Below, one piece after another: positions 46,418 to 56,623 of a stretch of DNA of 64,000 nt. The number at the start of each line of letters is the position of its first letter. Within the stretch, counting starts at the first letter, position 1. The notes beneath the pieces are model-generated. The model saw only the letters and a list, made by a program, of their open reading frames with translations, did not search any database and was not told the origin of the DNA. Source of the stretch: Puniceicoccales bacterium (GTDB taxonomy: Bacteria > Verrucomicrobiota > Verrucomicrobiia > Opitutales > JAIRLM01); assembly GCA_031278455.1 (NCBI GenBank), contig JAITKJ010000026.1, forward strand, positions 503-64,502, read 5' to 3'. The position numbers and the translations under genes were made by a program.

Positions 46418-48235
46418 GTGTTTCTGGCAAAATTACCCCTAATGGGTGCTTTGGTGGGCCGTATCCTTGTCGCGCTGTTGATGGGGGCTTGTGGGTTGAC
46501 CTTTCCTATTGTTGCCGCGCCAGAACCGGACGTGCGAATTGAGGCACATTTCGAACCCATGGAAATTTTTATCCGGCAAAGTTCTCAATTAATCGTTGAC
46601 ATCCACGGAACCACGCAGCAAGCGGCGGAGCCGCAAATTTGCCTAAAGGACGCTAACGTGCAGCGCGTGCAGGCAATTTACGAGGCGCACCCGGATGGGC
46701 GATTTCACAGCCGATTTACATATCGTGTTGCTCCCTGGGGCGCTGGAAAATTTACGCTCAATTCTTCCTTTGTCTTGGTCGGCGGACAACCTATGGCGAT
46801 TCCTGCCGCGACTCTGGTCGTCCGCGAAGACGTCGCCACCGTCGAAGAAGCCATCGCAAAACATCCACACATTGCCAAACTTGGCGTGGAGGTTCCCGAG
46901 AAGACCCTATTTCTTGGGCAGACAATTCCAGCGGAAATCACCCTTTCCCTGCAGAATGGCGTGCGTTTCCGCATGAATGAGCCGAATCCGGAAAAGATAC
47001 TGGGGCCGTTCCGCGTGGGGAGCGGAGTGGATGCGCCCATTGGTAATTACGCGGAGATTGCCGATGATAATTCCCGGGAAAAGCGTTGGCAGGCGCTCAT
47101 CACCCCCACGCGCCTAGGTGTGCGTGAACTCGCATTTGCGTGTGGTATTTCCGTCGTCCTTCCAGAGAATGCCGTGCCGCAAAATTATGCTCGTTTCTTC
47201 GAGCAAGGCGCCAAGTGGGTACCTTTGTCCATAACATCGCCCAAATGCCCGATTTCTGTTGTCCCATTGCCTGAAGAGAAGCGGCCTAAAAATTTTTCAG
47301 GTGCCATTGGCCAGTTTAAGCTTCTGCCGGCGCGCATTCAGTCGTCCACGGCGCGGAAGGTTGGAAAGCCCGTGGAGGTGGCCTTTATCGTCTCCGGCGA
47401 GGGAAATTTGCAGGGCGTAGGCATCCCCGAACTTCCCTTGAATTCCCAATGGCGGCTTTATCGTTCGCGGAAGATCGTGGAACCCACGGATCGGCTCGGA
47501 TTTTCCGGGAAGATCACGTTTATTTACACATTAATTCCCCAGCAGCCGGATGCGCTCCAATTTCCATCCTTCTCATTTTCGTACTTTGATACTCGCGCGC
47601 GTGAATATGTTACATTGGCCTATGAAATCGAAAATCCGCTAGTCTTTGCCGCCCGAAAACAAAAGGATAACAATATGAGCAAAAGTAAGCACACACTTGC
47701 TTCGGTGCTCGAAGAAAAACTCCCTCTGCAAACTCCGCGTGAAGCCACGGCCGGGAGCTTTTCATCCATTTTAACCAGCTACACCTTTTGGGTGTTCCAG
47801 GGGTTCATGCTGTGGCTCTATGTTTGGGGAATTCTGCGGCTATGGAAGTACCATCAAAAGGAACGCTATGGCTTTTTTCACTTGCACAAGATACGATCGC
47901 CGGAGATAAAAGCGCTACTTTTCAAGGCGCGCCGGGCCCTTGCGAACGACGACCAGAAACTTTTTTATGACAGCCTACGGCAGGCCATCCTGTCCACGTT
48001 GGCCTACATGATACGCCGTAATCGGGCGCGTCTATCGGTTTATGGTGTTTTGGAAATTTTTCGGTCGTCAAAGGATCGGCAATGGATGGGATACTTTGAG
48101 AAAATCCGTCGGTTTCTCGTCGCCGCGGAAGATATCCACAACCCGCATGTTCCGTGGCTTGGCAGGCGCCAGTATGAAAAGAATTGGGCGGATGCGGTTC
48201 ATCTCATCGAAACCATACAGGAGGTCGACCTATGA
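46418..48235 (+). CDS. BatD-like (aerotolerance-operon type) membrane protein
   Basis: N-terminal signal-like segment, repeated beta-rich modules of the BatD kind (FTYRVAPWGAGKFTLNS...IPAATLVV), a late TM (FWVFQGFMLWLYVWGILRLW) and a cytoplasmic tail. The assignment rests on architecture and pattern only. Confidence 0.45.
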   Translation: MFLAKLPLMGALVGRILVALLMGACGLTFPIVAAPEPDVRIEAHFEPMEIFIRQSSQLIVDIHGTTQQAAEPQICLKDANVQRVQAIYEAHPDGRFHSRFTYRVAPWGAGKFTLNSSFVLVGGQPMAIPAATLVVREDVATVEEAIAKHPHIAKLGVEVPEKTLFLGQTIPAEITLSLQNGVRFRMNEPNPEKILGPFRVGSGVDAPIGNYAEIADDNSREKRWQALITPTRLGVRELAFACGISVVLPENAVPQNYARFFEQGAKWVPLSITSPKCPISVVPLPEEKRPKNFSGAIGQFKLLPARIQSSTARKVGKPVEVAFIVSGEGNLQGVGIPELPLNSQWRLYRSRKIVEPTDRLGFSGKITFIYTLIPQQPDALQFPSFSFSYFDTRAREYVTLAYEIENPLVFAARKQKDNNMSKSKHTLASVLEEKLPLQTPREATAGSFSSILTSYTFWVFQGFMLWLYVWGILRLWKYHQKERYGFFHLHKIRSPEIKALLFKARRALANDDQKLFYDSLRQAILSTLAYMIRRNRARLSVYGVLEIFRSSKDRQWMGYFEKIRRFLVAAEDIHNPHVPWLGRRQYEKNWADAVHLIETIQEVDL

Positions 48236-48963
48236 AAATGATGGCCGGAATCTTTTCCCTAATTCTCCTGAATGCTTCCACTCTGATGGCCGGAAAGGAC
48301 GAAACGCTGTCCCGCGCCGCCAATGCTGCCTGCGACCGAGGTAATTATCGGGAGGCAGTCCAGCTCTATTCCAGAATTTCAACTCGGGATAAGTCCGCAG
48401 AAATTTTTGCTAATGTTGCTCTTGCCGAGGCACATTTGGGCCACCTGGGATTTTGCATTCTCAATTTGCGCCATGCCCTCGTTCTGGCGCCAAATGACCC
48501 CGTCCTCCGGGGGGCACTCGACGCCGTGCACGACTTTGCTGGCCTGCCTCACCTTTGCCGTTGCTGGAAGCATCGGTTTGCTGGCACGTTTTCACCAAAT
48601 GGGTGGATCTTTTTGTTCGATTGTTCCTTTTGGTTGGGGCTTTTTGCGCTGAGCAGTTATCCTATGGCAACCCGTTTTCGACGATATTTGCTTTTTGCCG
48701 GAATTTTAAGCCTTCTTTTAATCGGCGCCGCTATAATTGGCATGGACACCCTTGATTCCATCCTCGATGACGCCATCATCGTACGTCCATCACCGGTTTA
48801 TAATGTTCCCAGCGAAAATGTCCCGCCCGTTGCCTTTCTCGGGGAAGGCGAAGTGGTACGCATCAAAGGACAAATTAATAATTTACTATTTATTGAATCA
48901 TTGTTAAAAGAAACGTTCTACACGCCGTGCGTAAATTGTAAATCGGTTATACCACTACCCTGA
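48232..48963 (+). CDS. BatE-like TPR / membrane / SH3-like protein
   Basis: ATG at 48232 overlaps the BatD-like stop (ATGA), with GGAGG upstream. It has a signal-like N-terminus, a TPR-like segment (GNYREAVQLYSRI...ALVLAPNDP), TM segments, and a C-terminal SH3b-like stretch (VYNVPSENVPPVAFLGEGEVVRIKG). Confidence 0.4.
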   Translation: MKMMAGIFSLILLNASTLMAGKDETLSRAANAACDRGNYREAVQLYSRISTRDKSAEIFANVALAEAHLGHLGFCILNLRHALVLAPNDPVLRGALDAVHDFAGLPHLCRCWKHRFAGTFSPNGWIFLFDCSFWLGLFALSSYPMATRFRRYLLFAGILSLLLIGAAIIGMDTLDSILDDAIIVRPSPVYNVPSENVPPVAFLGEGEVVRIKGQINNLLFIESLLKETFYTPCVNCKSVIPLP

Positions 48964-49124
48964 TGGAATGTATTTTTGGAATGTTTTCGAAATTTTTTCT
49001 AAAAAACAAAAATTTTTCTTGAATGCATGGTTGGCTCTCACCTAGAAAACTTGCGTGAGTTTCGGTTACCGGTGGATGCGTGAGTCTTTCCAGCAGGAGC
49101 CAATGAATCTAGGAGGAAGAGTTG

Positions 49125-49892
49125 ATGAAATCGATTAGAAAGATGGTGGCGCTTGGGGCGCTGGTGTTTGCGGCGTTGCCCGTATCCGGGTTTGATTTTA
49201 GCATGGAAACGCGGTTCGATTCGGAGAGCGTTGCATGTGGATCTATTACGGGTAAGGAGAGGGTGTCGCTTAATTTTGAGGTTGGCGATAGTTTATGCGG
49301 AGGGCAGCTATACGCTGGTTTTGATACGCGTTATAAGGCCCGCGGCGGTGGTTCTGGTAAAATGGCGCCGTATATTGGTTATTCCCATGTTATTTCTGAT
49401 TGGTTAAGTTTTGGCGGGAAGTATCAGTCGTATTTTTATAGCAATATACCGACAGGCGAAAAGCATCACACCAATGAACTTGCGTTGGATCTGCGGTTTG
49501 GGCCGAGGATGCCGCTGGGGCTTTTTGTGACCTATAATTTCGATGAACGGGAGTTTGGTGCAGAGACAGAGCTTTCCGGGCGTTATAATCTTAGTTCAGT
49601 CGGAATGAGTGATTTCACTTTAATCGGCAAAGCAACTTTTGGATGTGACCGGTGCGAGCGTCCGGGGGGCATTAAAGACTTTTTTTCCAGCGGCGCGATG
49701 GCCAATGACAAAAAAGCTCATGTGTACTATGCGCTGAGGGGCGACTGTGTTTATGCTTTCAACGACAACGTTGACATGTGGGTTGGTATGCGTCTGGCCG
49801 GCAATGGCGCATCGAAGGGGAATTGGATTAATTTTCCCGGCGGACATCAGAATGCCCTATGGTGGTCTTGCGGGGTGAAAGCTTCTTTTTAG
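49125..49892 (+). CDS. outer-membrane beta-barrel protein (255 aa)
   Basis: AGGAGG lies 6 nt upstream. Signal peptide MKSIRKMVALGALVFAALPVSG, alternating beta pattern, C-terminal GVKASF. 6 Cys. Confidence 0.6.
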   Translation: MKSIRKMVALGALVFAALPVSGFDFSMETRFDSESVACGSITGKERVSLNFEVGDSLCGGQLYAGFDTRYKARGGGSGKMAPYIGYSHVISDWLSFGGKYQSYFYSNIPTGEKHHTNELALDLRFGPRMPLGLFVTYNFDEREFGAETELSGRYNLSSVGMSDFTLIGKATFGCDRCERPGGIKDFFSSGAMANDKKAHVYYALRGDCVYAFNDNVDMWVGMRLAGNGASKGNWINFPGGHQNALWWSCGVKASF

Positions 49893-50034
49893 GTTGATCT
49901 ATATTTTTAATCCGTGTTGGGCGGCTTCAGGAATGGAGCTTTGCCCATTTTTTTGTAGATTTTGTGGCCGTTTTGCAATTCTATTTGGAAACAAAAAGTT
50001 TTGATGGTAATATCGTCGCGGCGATTATAAATTT

Positions 50035-50646
50035 ATGTTAGGCAAGTTTTTAACATCGAAATATGCGGCGCTTATATTTGATTGCGATGGAACCATTGCG
50101 GATACAATGGGAATATATTATCGTGCGTGGAACCGCGCTGTCGCCGAATGTGGTGGGCAGGTCCCAATAGGATGGGAAGCTTTTCGGGCCAGCGGTGGCC
50201 GCTGCTTGCGAGAGACCATTGGTGAGTACAACCGTGCAACCAATAGCAACTTAGATCCCGGTGTTCTTATGCCCGCCATGGAGAAATATGTGCGAGAAAT
50301 ACTCCCTCAATTTAAGCCGATTATCCCAGTTGTGCAACTCATCAGGCGAGAGAAAAATCGTCCCATGGCCGTTGCCTCGTCTGGAAAGCGCGAAAATGTT
50401 GAATTTGTACTGGATAAAATTGGGATTCGGAGCTTTTTCAAGGCCGTGGTTACGCAGGAGGATGTGAAGCATGCAAAACCGGCGCCAGACCTATTTCTGA
50501 AGGCTGCCGAGCTTCTTGGGATGAATCCGAAACAGTGCATCGTTTTTGAGGATAGCCCATTGGGCGAAGAGGCGGCTAAGGCAATTGGCATGGATTGCCA
50601 TCGCATTCCTTACGACTGGTGGGACCCGAAGCTCCGCGAAGAATGA
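50035..50646 (+). CDS. HAD superfamily hydrolase (subfamily IA, beta-phosphoglucomutase-like)
   Basis: Motif I FDCDGTIADT, motif II VASSG, motifs III/IV K...VFEDSPLG. Confidence 0.75.
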   Translation: MLGKFLTSKYAALIFDCDGTIADTMGIYYRAWNRAVAECGGQVPIGWEAFRASGGRCLRETIGEYNRATNSNLDPGVLMPAMEKYVREILPQFKPIIPVVQLIRREKNRPMAVASSGKRENVEFVLDKIGIRSFFKAVVTQEDVKHAKPAPDLFLKAAELLGMNPKQCIVFEDSPLGEEAAKAIGMDCHRIPYDWWDPKLREE

Positions 50647-51515
50647 ATTCTGTTTCTATTCTTGTATTAGCGGCTGGGTTTGGTAGTCGCTTCGGCGGCC
50701 TGAAGCAGTTGATGACCTTTGGCCCGGGAAGGCATGCCATACTCGAATACTCACTCTTTGACGCCCACCGGCTTGGGATTCAGCATGCCGTGTGCGTCAT
50801 ACAAGAAATCCATCGAAATTTTTTTAACCAATTATTGGCTCCGCTCATGGAATTCATAGAGATCGAGTTTGCCTACCAACGGTTAGACGATGTCCCCGTT
50901 GAATTTTCAAATTTCCATCGAACGAAACCCTGGGGGACCGCCCACGCGGTTTATTCTGCTCGGAATTATTTGCCCGCGCCATTTATAACTATAAACGCCG
51001 ATGATTTTTATGGCCGGCAGGCATGGGAGCAGATGGCAAATTTTATCGAAAAAACTCCTTCTAAAAACGCATTACTCGCCTTTCGCCTGGATCGCACCTT
51101 GCCTTCAAGCGGACCCGTTGCCCGCGGAATTTGCCGGGTGAATGGAAACCATTTGGTGCGAATCGAAGAATTTTCCAATATCGCATGCGTTAATGGTTCC
51201 ATCCATGTGCAAAATCAAGGGAGACACTTCGTTGGCGATGAACCAACGTCGCTCAATTTCTGGTATCTTCAGCCGGAAATTTTACAGAAAATGGATTTCG
51301 GGCGATTTTTTGCCGATGGAATGAATTTGGCAGAGGCGGAATGGATGCTCCCCGTTGCTATTCAAAACATTTTGGACGAAGGAAAAATTGACATCACCGT
51401 CGTGAACACCCAATCTCATTGGGCGGGAATTACTCATTCGAGTGATATTGAAGAAGTTGCCCGGCGCGTTGAAAGTGCCACGCTGTCAGGTGTCTACCCG
51501 AAAGTTCTTTGGTAA
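50643..51515 (+). CDS. sugar-phosphate nucleotidyltransferase family protein
   Basis: ATG at 50643 overlaps the HAD stop (ATGA). N-terminal LVLAAGFGSRFGGLKQL (GxGxR nucleotide-binding loop), KPWGTAHAV, NADDFYG. Confidence 0.6.
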   Translation: MNSVSILVLAAGFGSRFGGLKQLMTFGPGRHAILEYSLFDAHRLGIQHAVCVIQEIHRNFFNQLLAPLMEFIEIEFAYQRLDDVPVEFSNFHRTKPWGTAHAVYSARNYLPAPFITINADDFYGRQAWEQMANFIEKTPSKNALLAFRLDRTLPSSGPVARGICRVNGNHLVRIEEFSNIACVNGSIHVQNQGRHFVGDEPTSLNFWYLQPEILQKMDFGRFFADGMNLAEAEWMLPVAIQNILDEGKIDITVVNTQSHWAGITHSSDIEEVARRVESATLSGVYPKVLW

Positions 51516-51628
51516 AAAAGTCATTGCTCTTCACTTTTTTCGGCTGACAATGGAAACAAAATCACAGCTTTCACAATGTCATCCATTTTTTAATTTGCCT
51601 CAATTCCAGCTTGTTGTCATAATCCAAT

Positions 51629-54600
51629 GTGAATTTTTCTAGGATTTTCTTTTGGTGTGTATGTGCCTTGCTATCAACTGTTACCTATTCGGTTGCAGTT
51701 GCGGACACGATTTTGGAGAATTATGGCACGTTTGCACATGCTGGGCCATATACCATTCAACGTACGGATACGGCAATTGGCGAAAATCACTCGGTCGTCA
51801 TTGAAGGCAATGGCGCTAAATTTGAAGTTATTGCGGATTCTTCGTCTGATGCAGCACTCACATTGCAAAATGGTGTTACTTTGAATCTCGGCGAAGGCGG
51901 CCAATTTGTTGTCAAAAATGTCACCGGTCCAGCCATTGCCACAACATCCTCATCTGATTTTAAAAATGTGATAAACCTACAAGGTGGCACCTTCGATATT
52001 ACCGCTGGAACCACAGCCATCGATGGTTCTAGAAATTTACAGCTTAATATTAGCACTGGCGGGTCTATTATTGGCGGAAAAGCCATTGAAAATTTGCATT
52101 CATTTAAACTCGAAAATAATAGCGCTTCATTCCTTGGCGTGACTGGATTGCTCGATCTTTCAAGTGCGGCTCAGACAGGGAAAGGAGGCGTGGTTTTTTC
52201 CGACGGCGCGACCATTCGTCTCATTCCACTTGCGACTGAAAAAAATACGGGAACCCTTGGTACGGATTACACAGAAAACGGCAAGACCTACATAAATTTT
52301 GGCACCGGCACCAACATTACTTATAATAACCAACTTAACATCGCGTTGGACGTTAAAAATCTTTACGAGGACACATCTCCGCCGAGTTCCACACAGTGGA
52401 TTAAACTTATGGCAGGAAGTAAAGCGGAAGATTTGCAAAGTTTGCTTCACCTGACCGTCGAGCATGGTACATCCACCCTCACCGGATGGGTCCTCGATTA
52501 TGCGACAGACCCGAGTGCAGTCTATGCAAAATTTTTAGCATCAAGCGTTATTCCCGTTAATGATACGCCGGATATTACTACAAACTGTGTTGACAGGTAT
52601 CTTTTTGTCAATCCGGGCTCAAGCTTAAGCGTATCCGCAGGTGGTTCCATCGAGTCCACCGGTGAAATACCTATTCTCATTGATACGAGTAAAAACTGGG
52701 AAAACTCAAATATATACATCACCCTGGAAACAAATGACAGCGTGGCAATCTCAAATATGAACGGCATTGCCATTGGACAGGGCGCAGAGGGCGGAGGGTC
52801 GCCATTTCCTGCAGGGGATGCTGCTTTTTTTTCGCCGAATGTGAGTATTGTTGGCACTGGTACCATTCATGGCAGTGCCGGGTCTTTTAAGATGTGCGCC
52901 ACAAAAGTCACACCCGATGCGGATTACACGGAAAACAGGAGCGTTGTAACCATCGGCAGCCTCACAATCGGCGACACGTACACTTCAACCCACATGGACG
53001 GGTCCATTGAAATGCGACTCTTCGATGGGGACTTTGGCGATAAAAATGCCAACTTGGGCGGTTGCTGCTATATGATTAATCCGTTTATACTGCACCATCA
53101 TTCAAGTCTTAGTGGACACCTTCTACTCGATGCATCTGTGAAAACACGAGGGACGGTTTCTGGTGAAACGGCAATCATTTATATGGATAGTCTTACAATC
53201 AATGGCACTATCACCGGAAAAGTTAATGACACCTATGGCATTTGCGCCTCATTTAACTCATGGCCGAATAGCAACTCTTATATGAGTGCTATTTCCATTG
53301 GCGGAGACATCATAGCAAATTCTGAGTGTGCCGGGAATTATATTGGTCTATTGATCGATGCTCCGATCAGTCAACTTGATGTTGCCGAGATCACAATTAG
53401 CGGGAATATTGATGCAACCACCGAAAATATTGCCGATGAAAACGTGCGTATTGGTGTTCTTACTCATGCTTCTCATTTTGCCAGTAACCCCTGCTATGTA
53501 CTTGAAAGCGGTAGTACCATCAAGGGCAAAGATGCCGCAGTGGTCTTTGATGGTTTTGGAGACGACGCTTTGGATGTGCCGATCTCACTTGATAATGCCA
53601 CGTTGCAATCGAGCAAGGTGGCCATTGGCGGTCGAAATGCTAATTTCCGCTTTATCCAAAGTCCCACATTAGTTGTGGCATCAATGGCAAAGTTCGCCAT
53701 TGCACCATGTGTGCCGACTTACGAATATGGCAACGGCACAACGGAAGTGACTGCGCTGGAAACTTTTAGTTACGCAGCGGGGGCAGATGAGAAATTTTCT
53801 TCGGTGGATGCGGACAACCTCGCGCTTTTGCGTGGAAGCAACCTGTCCATTCAACTGAATGGTACGGGTTCTCTCGATGCAACCGGCATGGATATCGCCG
53901 TCACGGGGCTAAATCTAGGCGAATCGAATGATATTAAGTGCAAGACGCTCTTTCTGGCTGGCCTGGCGCAATTTGGCAATAGCACTTCACTTCATATCCC
54001 CAATGGAATTATTTTCTGCCCCGATGCATCTAATAATGAATCCCGTGCGGCAAGCAAACTTTCCATTAATCATGCGGAGAACGTATTGGGAACGGTTTCC
54101 GCTGAAGGCGTACCTAAAATTGACGCGTCCTTTGCGGCCGTCGGCGATGATACAAATTCCTATGGTGCAATCATTGACATTTCCACCGAGAATAGTTCGT
54201 CGGCCATTTTGCCGGAAGGCATTAGCGGAAATCTTTCCGATGAAGCCGACTTCACTACCCCTATGGCGGATCGATACGTTACCGTTGCCCTCAAGGGTGC
54301 CGGCGGCTGCATTGGCTCGGATGGGGTCGCAACAAGCGGCATTTCAAATGTGGGCAAATTAATAGTCAACGGCGCCAACAATGAAAGTATTTGGACGATT
54401 CACGGCAACACTTCCTGCGGGACTTTGCGCATCGAGAAGGGAAAAATGGTGCAGAAGGGCAACCTGACCGTTTGGGGCGATTTACTTTTGCTGGGATGTG
54501 ACATCGACTGGACCGGCAATGCACTATTTAACCATGTTTACGCAGGGGAGGACAAAATCACCGTTCGCAACGGCGCTACAGTTAAAATTTCCAATGGGTT

Positions 54601-56437
54601 TCAAGCAGCAAACGTTGGAAATGACAACCCAATATTGGGGAACGCGCAACTTAAGACGGAAGCCATCCTTCTTGGTGGGGATTCCCAGTTTATAGTTGAA
54701 CCCAATACCACTGTTTCCATTGGCATAGCCGGGTGCGATGAAAGTAAATTCGGAACCGCCGACGAACCTGTGGGTATCCGCGTTGTCGGGAACAGCCTGA
54801 CGCTTGGCGAGGCTCCCCGCCAGTGGCCAAAGGATGGGCAAGTCATTGGTAATGGAAATGTCATCAACCTCCAAAATTCATTAAATCTCTACTATTATGC
54901 AATTGACGGGTCGAAAATTGCCCCGGCCTCCAACAAGAAAACAACAGCCATTCGCGGAAATGAAACCACGCAGTTATTTTTAAACGGCGGAACGCAGACC
55001 CACGCAAATCAGCTTAACGGTGCAATTTCCAACGTGGGACATGTAACCGTCAATGGATATTGGGAGGTGCCAAGTGGCCTGGATGAATGTGGACATTTAA
55101 CCATTGGCCCCGCTGGACAGCTTAAATGTATGGGGGACGCGGATGTGAATACAACACTTATCACATTTTGCCTGGACACACCCAGAGTCCCCCCCGAAGT
55201 TAACTTCGATAAAGTTCCATACCTAATTTGCAAAAGACTACATAATATTTATATGGGTGATGATGTGCGCGTGTGCTTTAATCTCGAACTAGCAGAAGGT
55301 CTTTTGAGCTCATCCGATGAATTTACAGTTTGCCTCGTTAGCGGACTTACCAGTACGCCACAATGGATGTGTGGCACAAGAATTAACGGAATAAAGCCGA
55401 TAATAAATTTTGCAGATGGCAACCTTACAGCAACAATTCCTGGAACAATTGGCGGTGGCACACGCACTGTTGAATTCACCGCGCCGAATGAATATGTACT
55501 GCGAAATTTTTGGGAGCGGGGGTTGCTGATTCCCTATTCGGTGCATCAGGCAAACGTAACCCGTAAGCAGAATGATCTTTTTCGCCACGCGCTTGGATTG
55601 GAAAACGGCAATTTTGCCAATGCCGATGGAAAAAATTGGCATCTGACGCGGACCAGTTATGCGAGTTTTCTGCGCCGCAATCGGACAGGACCCATCATCG
55701 ACGCCGTTTCTGCAAATACCACCGGATCGACCATTGGCGTGGAGCGCAATTTGCCAAATGGACACCGCCTGAGCGTCGCCGCAGACTACGCCATGTCGCA
55801 TGCGCACTTCCGCGTTTGGAACAACAGCAAATCCTATCGCTGCCGAATGAAAGGTTATGGATTGGGAAGTATTGGACAATTTGTTGCCGGGCCCGCGCAC
55901 TTTGGTTTGAGCGCCATTGCGAACGAAAATTGCCATCGCTATGGACACAATGCGGGCCGGCTTGCCAATGTGCGTTTTAACGGATACAGCTATAACCTCG
56001 CGGGAAATTTGTCCTACGACTTGAAATATGGTAATTGGATTGTTTCCCCGAGACTGGAAAGTAACTTCGATAACGTTTACCACAAAAATTACGCCATCGA
56101 TAATGGAAATATGGGCATTAGTCCATGCCGCACGAAATTCTTCCAAGGTGTACTTGGGGCCTGTGTAAATATGCGAAAAGAAACCTGGCAATTTATCGGC
56201 GATTTATCTCTGTGTCACGATTTTCGGCTCAGCGGAGGGTTTTCGACGGCGACTTCGTCTGAAAATAATTACACGATTCTTCCGGCCTATTTCCGGACAC
56301 GCGACCGCATTGATGGAAAGTTTCAAGTTTCTGTTCCCTGGCGCAAATCCTGGGAATTTGCCCTTAACTGCGATGTAACATTGCAAAGGCATTCATGGAG
56401 CGGCGCAGCCACACTCGGATCTATTTATCATTTTTAA
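51629..56437 (+). CDS. large autotransporter-type outer-membrane protein (1602 aa)
   Basis: N-terminal signal-like segment (FFWCVCALLSTVTYSVAVA). The passenger is about 1300 aa and rich in Gly/Asn/Thr/Ser beta-helix-like repeats. The C-terminal part, about 280 aa, is an autotransporter beta-domain ending GSIYHF. Confidence 0.75.
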   Translation: MNFSRIFFWCVCALLSTVTYSVAVADTILENYGTFAHAGPYTIQRTDTAIGENHSVVIEGNGAKFEVIADSSSDAALTLQNGVTLNLGEGGQFVVKNVTGPAIATTSSSDFKNVINLQGGTFDITAGTTAIDGSRNLQLNISTGGSIIGGKAIENLHSFKLENNSASFLGVTGLLDLSSAAQTGKGGVVFSDGATIRLIPLATEKNTGTLGTDYTENGKTYINFGTGTNITYNNQLNIALDVKNLYEDTSPPSSTQWIKLMAGSKAEDLQSLLHLTVEHGTSTLTGWVLDYATDPSAVYAKFLASSVIPVNDTPDITTNCVDRYLFVNPGSSLSVSAGGSIESTGEIPILIDTSKNWENSNIYITLETNDSVAISNMNGIAIGQGAEGGGSPFPAGDAAFFSPNVSIVGTGTIHGSAGSFKMCATKVTPDADYTENRSVVTIGSLTIGDTYTSTHMDGSIEMRLFDGDFGDKNANLGGCCYMINPFILHHHSSLSGHLLLDASVKTRGTVSGETAIIYMDSLTINGTITGKVNDTYGICASFNSWPNSNSYMSAISIGGDIIANSECAGNYIGLLIDAPISQLDVAEITISGNIDATTENIADENVRIGVLTHASHFASNPCYVLESGSTIKGKDAAVVFDGFGDDALDVPISLDNATLQSSKVAIGGRNANFRFIQSPTLVVASMAKFAIAPCVPTYEYGNGTTEVTALETFSYAAGADEKFSSVDADNLALLRGSNLSIQLNGTGSLDATGMDIAVTGLNLGESNDIKCKTLFLAGLAQFGNSTSLHIPNGIIFCPDASNNESRAASKLSINHAENVLGTVSAEGVPKIDASFAAVGDDTNSYGAIIDISTENSSSAILPEGISGNLSDEADFTTPMADRYVTVALKGAGGCIGSDGVATSGISNVGKLIVNGANNESIWTIHGNTSCGTLRIEKGKMVQKGNLTVWGDLLLLGCDIDWTGNALFNHVYAGEDKITVRNGATVKISNGFQAANVGNDNPILGNAQLKTEAILLGGDSQFIVEPNTTVSIGIAGCDESKFGTADEPVGIRVVGNSLTLGEAPRQWPKDGQVIGNGNVINLQNSLNLYYYAIDGSKIAPASNKKTTAIRGNETTQLFLNGGTQTHANQLNGAISNVGHVTVNGYWEVPSGLDECGHLTIGPAGQLKCMGDADVNTTLITFCLDTPRVPPEVNFDKVPYLICKRLHNIYMGDDVRVCFNLELAEGLLSSSDEFTVCLVSGLTSTPQWMCGTRINGIKPIINFADGNLTATIPGTIGGGTRTVEFTAPNEYVLRNFWERGLLIPYSVHQANVTRKQNDLFRHALGLENGNFANADGKNWHLTRTSYASFLRRNRTGPIIDAVSANTTGSTIGVERNLPNGHRLSVAADYAMSHAHFRVWNNSKSYRCRMKGYGLGSIGQFVAGPAHFGLSAIANENCHRYGHNAGRLANVRFNGYSYNLAGNLSYDLKYGNWIVSPRLESNFDNVYHKNYAIDNGNMGISPCRTKFFQGVLGACVNMRKETWQFIGDLSLCHDFRLSGGFSTATSSENNYTILPAYFRTRDRIDGKFQVSVPWRKSWEFALNCDVTLQRHSWSGAATLGSIYHF

Positions 56438-56623
56438 AGCTCCAATGCTAAATTTCGTTCCTTCCCCGGCCCTGAAAATTTTAGGGCACGCTTGCATAAA
56501 AAGGTCAAGCATTATTGCAATGGACTATTCAGCGGCGAATTTTTAAAAAAATCATTACAATAACTCAACGCAGGCCACCATGGGGCTTTGGTCCATGCCG
56601 CATCAGATCGCAACGCGGATAAC

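Noticed and set aside
55310-56191. 293-aa antisense ORF inside the autotransporter gene; similar long antisense ORFs at 4866..5525 and 61266..61949
   Set aside because: They are nested in, or out of frame with, genes that have strong family motifs. They show no independent coding evidence.
51629-56437. Calling the 1602-aa protein a chlamydial Pmp
   Set aside because: I saw no reiterated GGA(I/L/V)/FxxN motifs by eye. I kept the generic autotransporter call.
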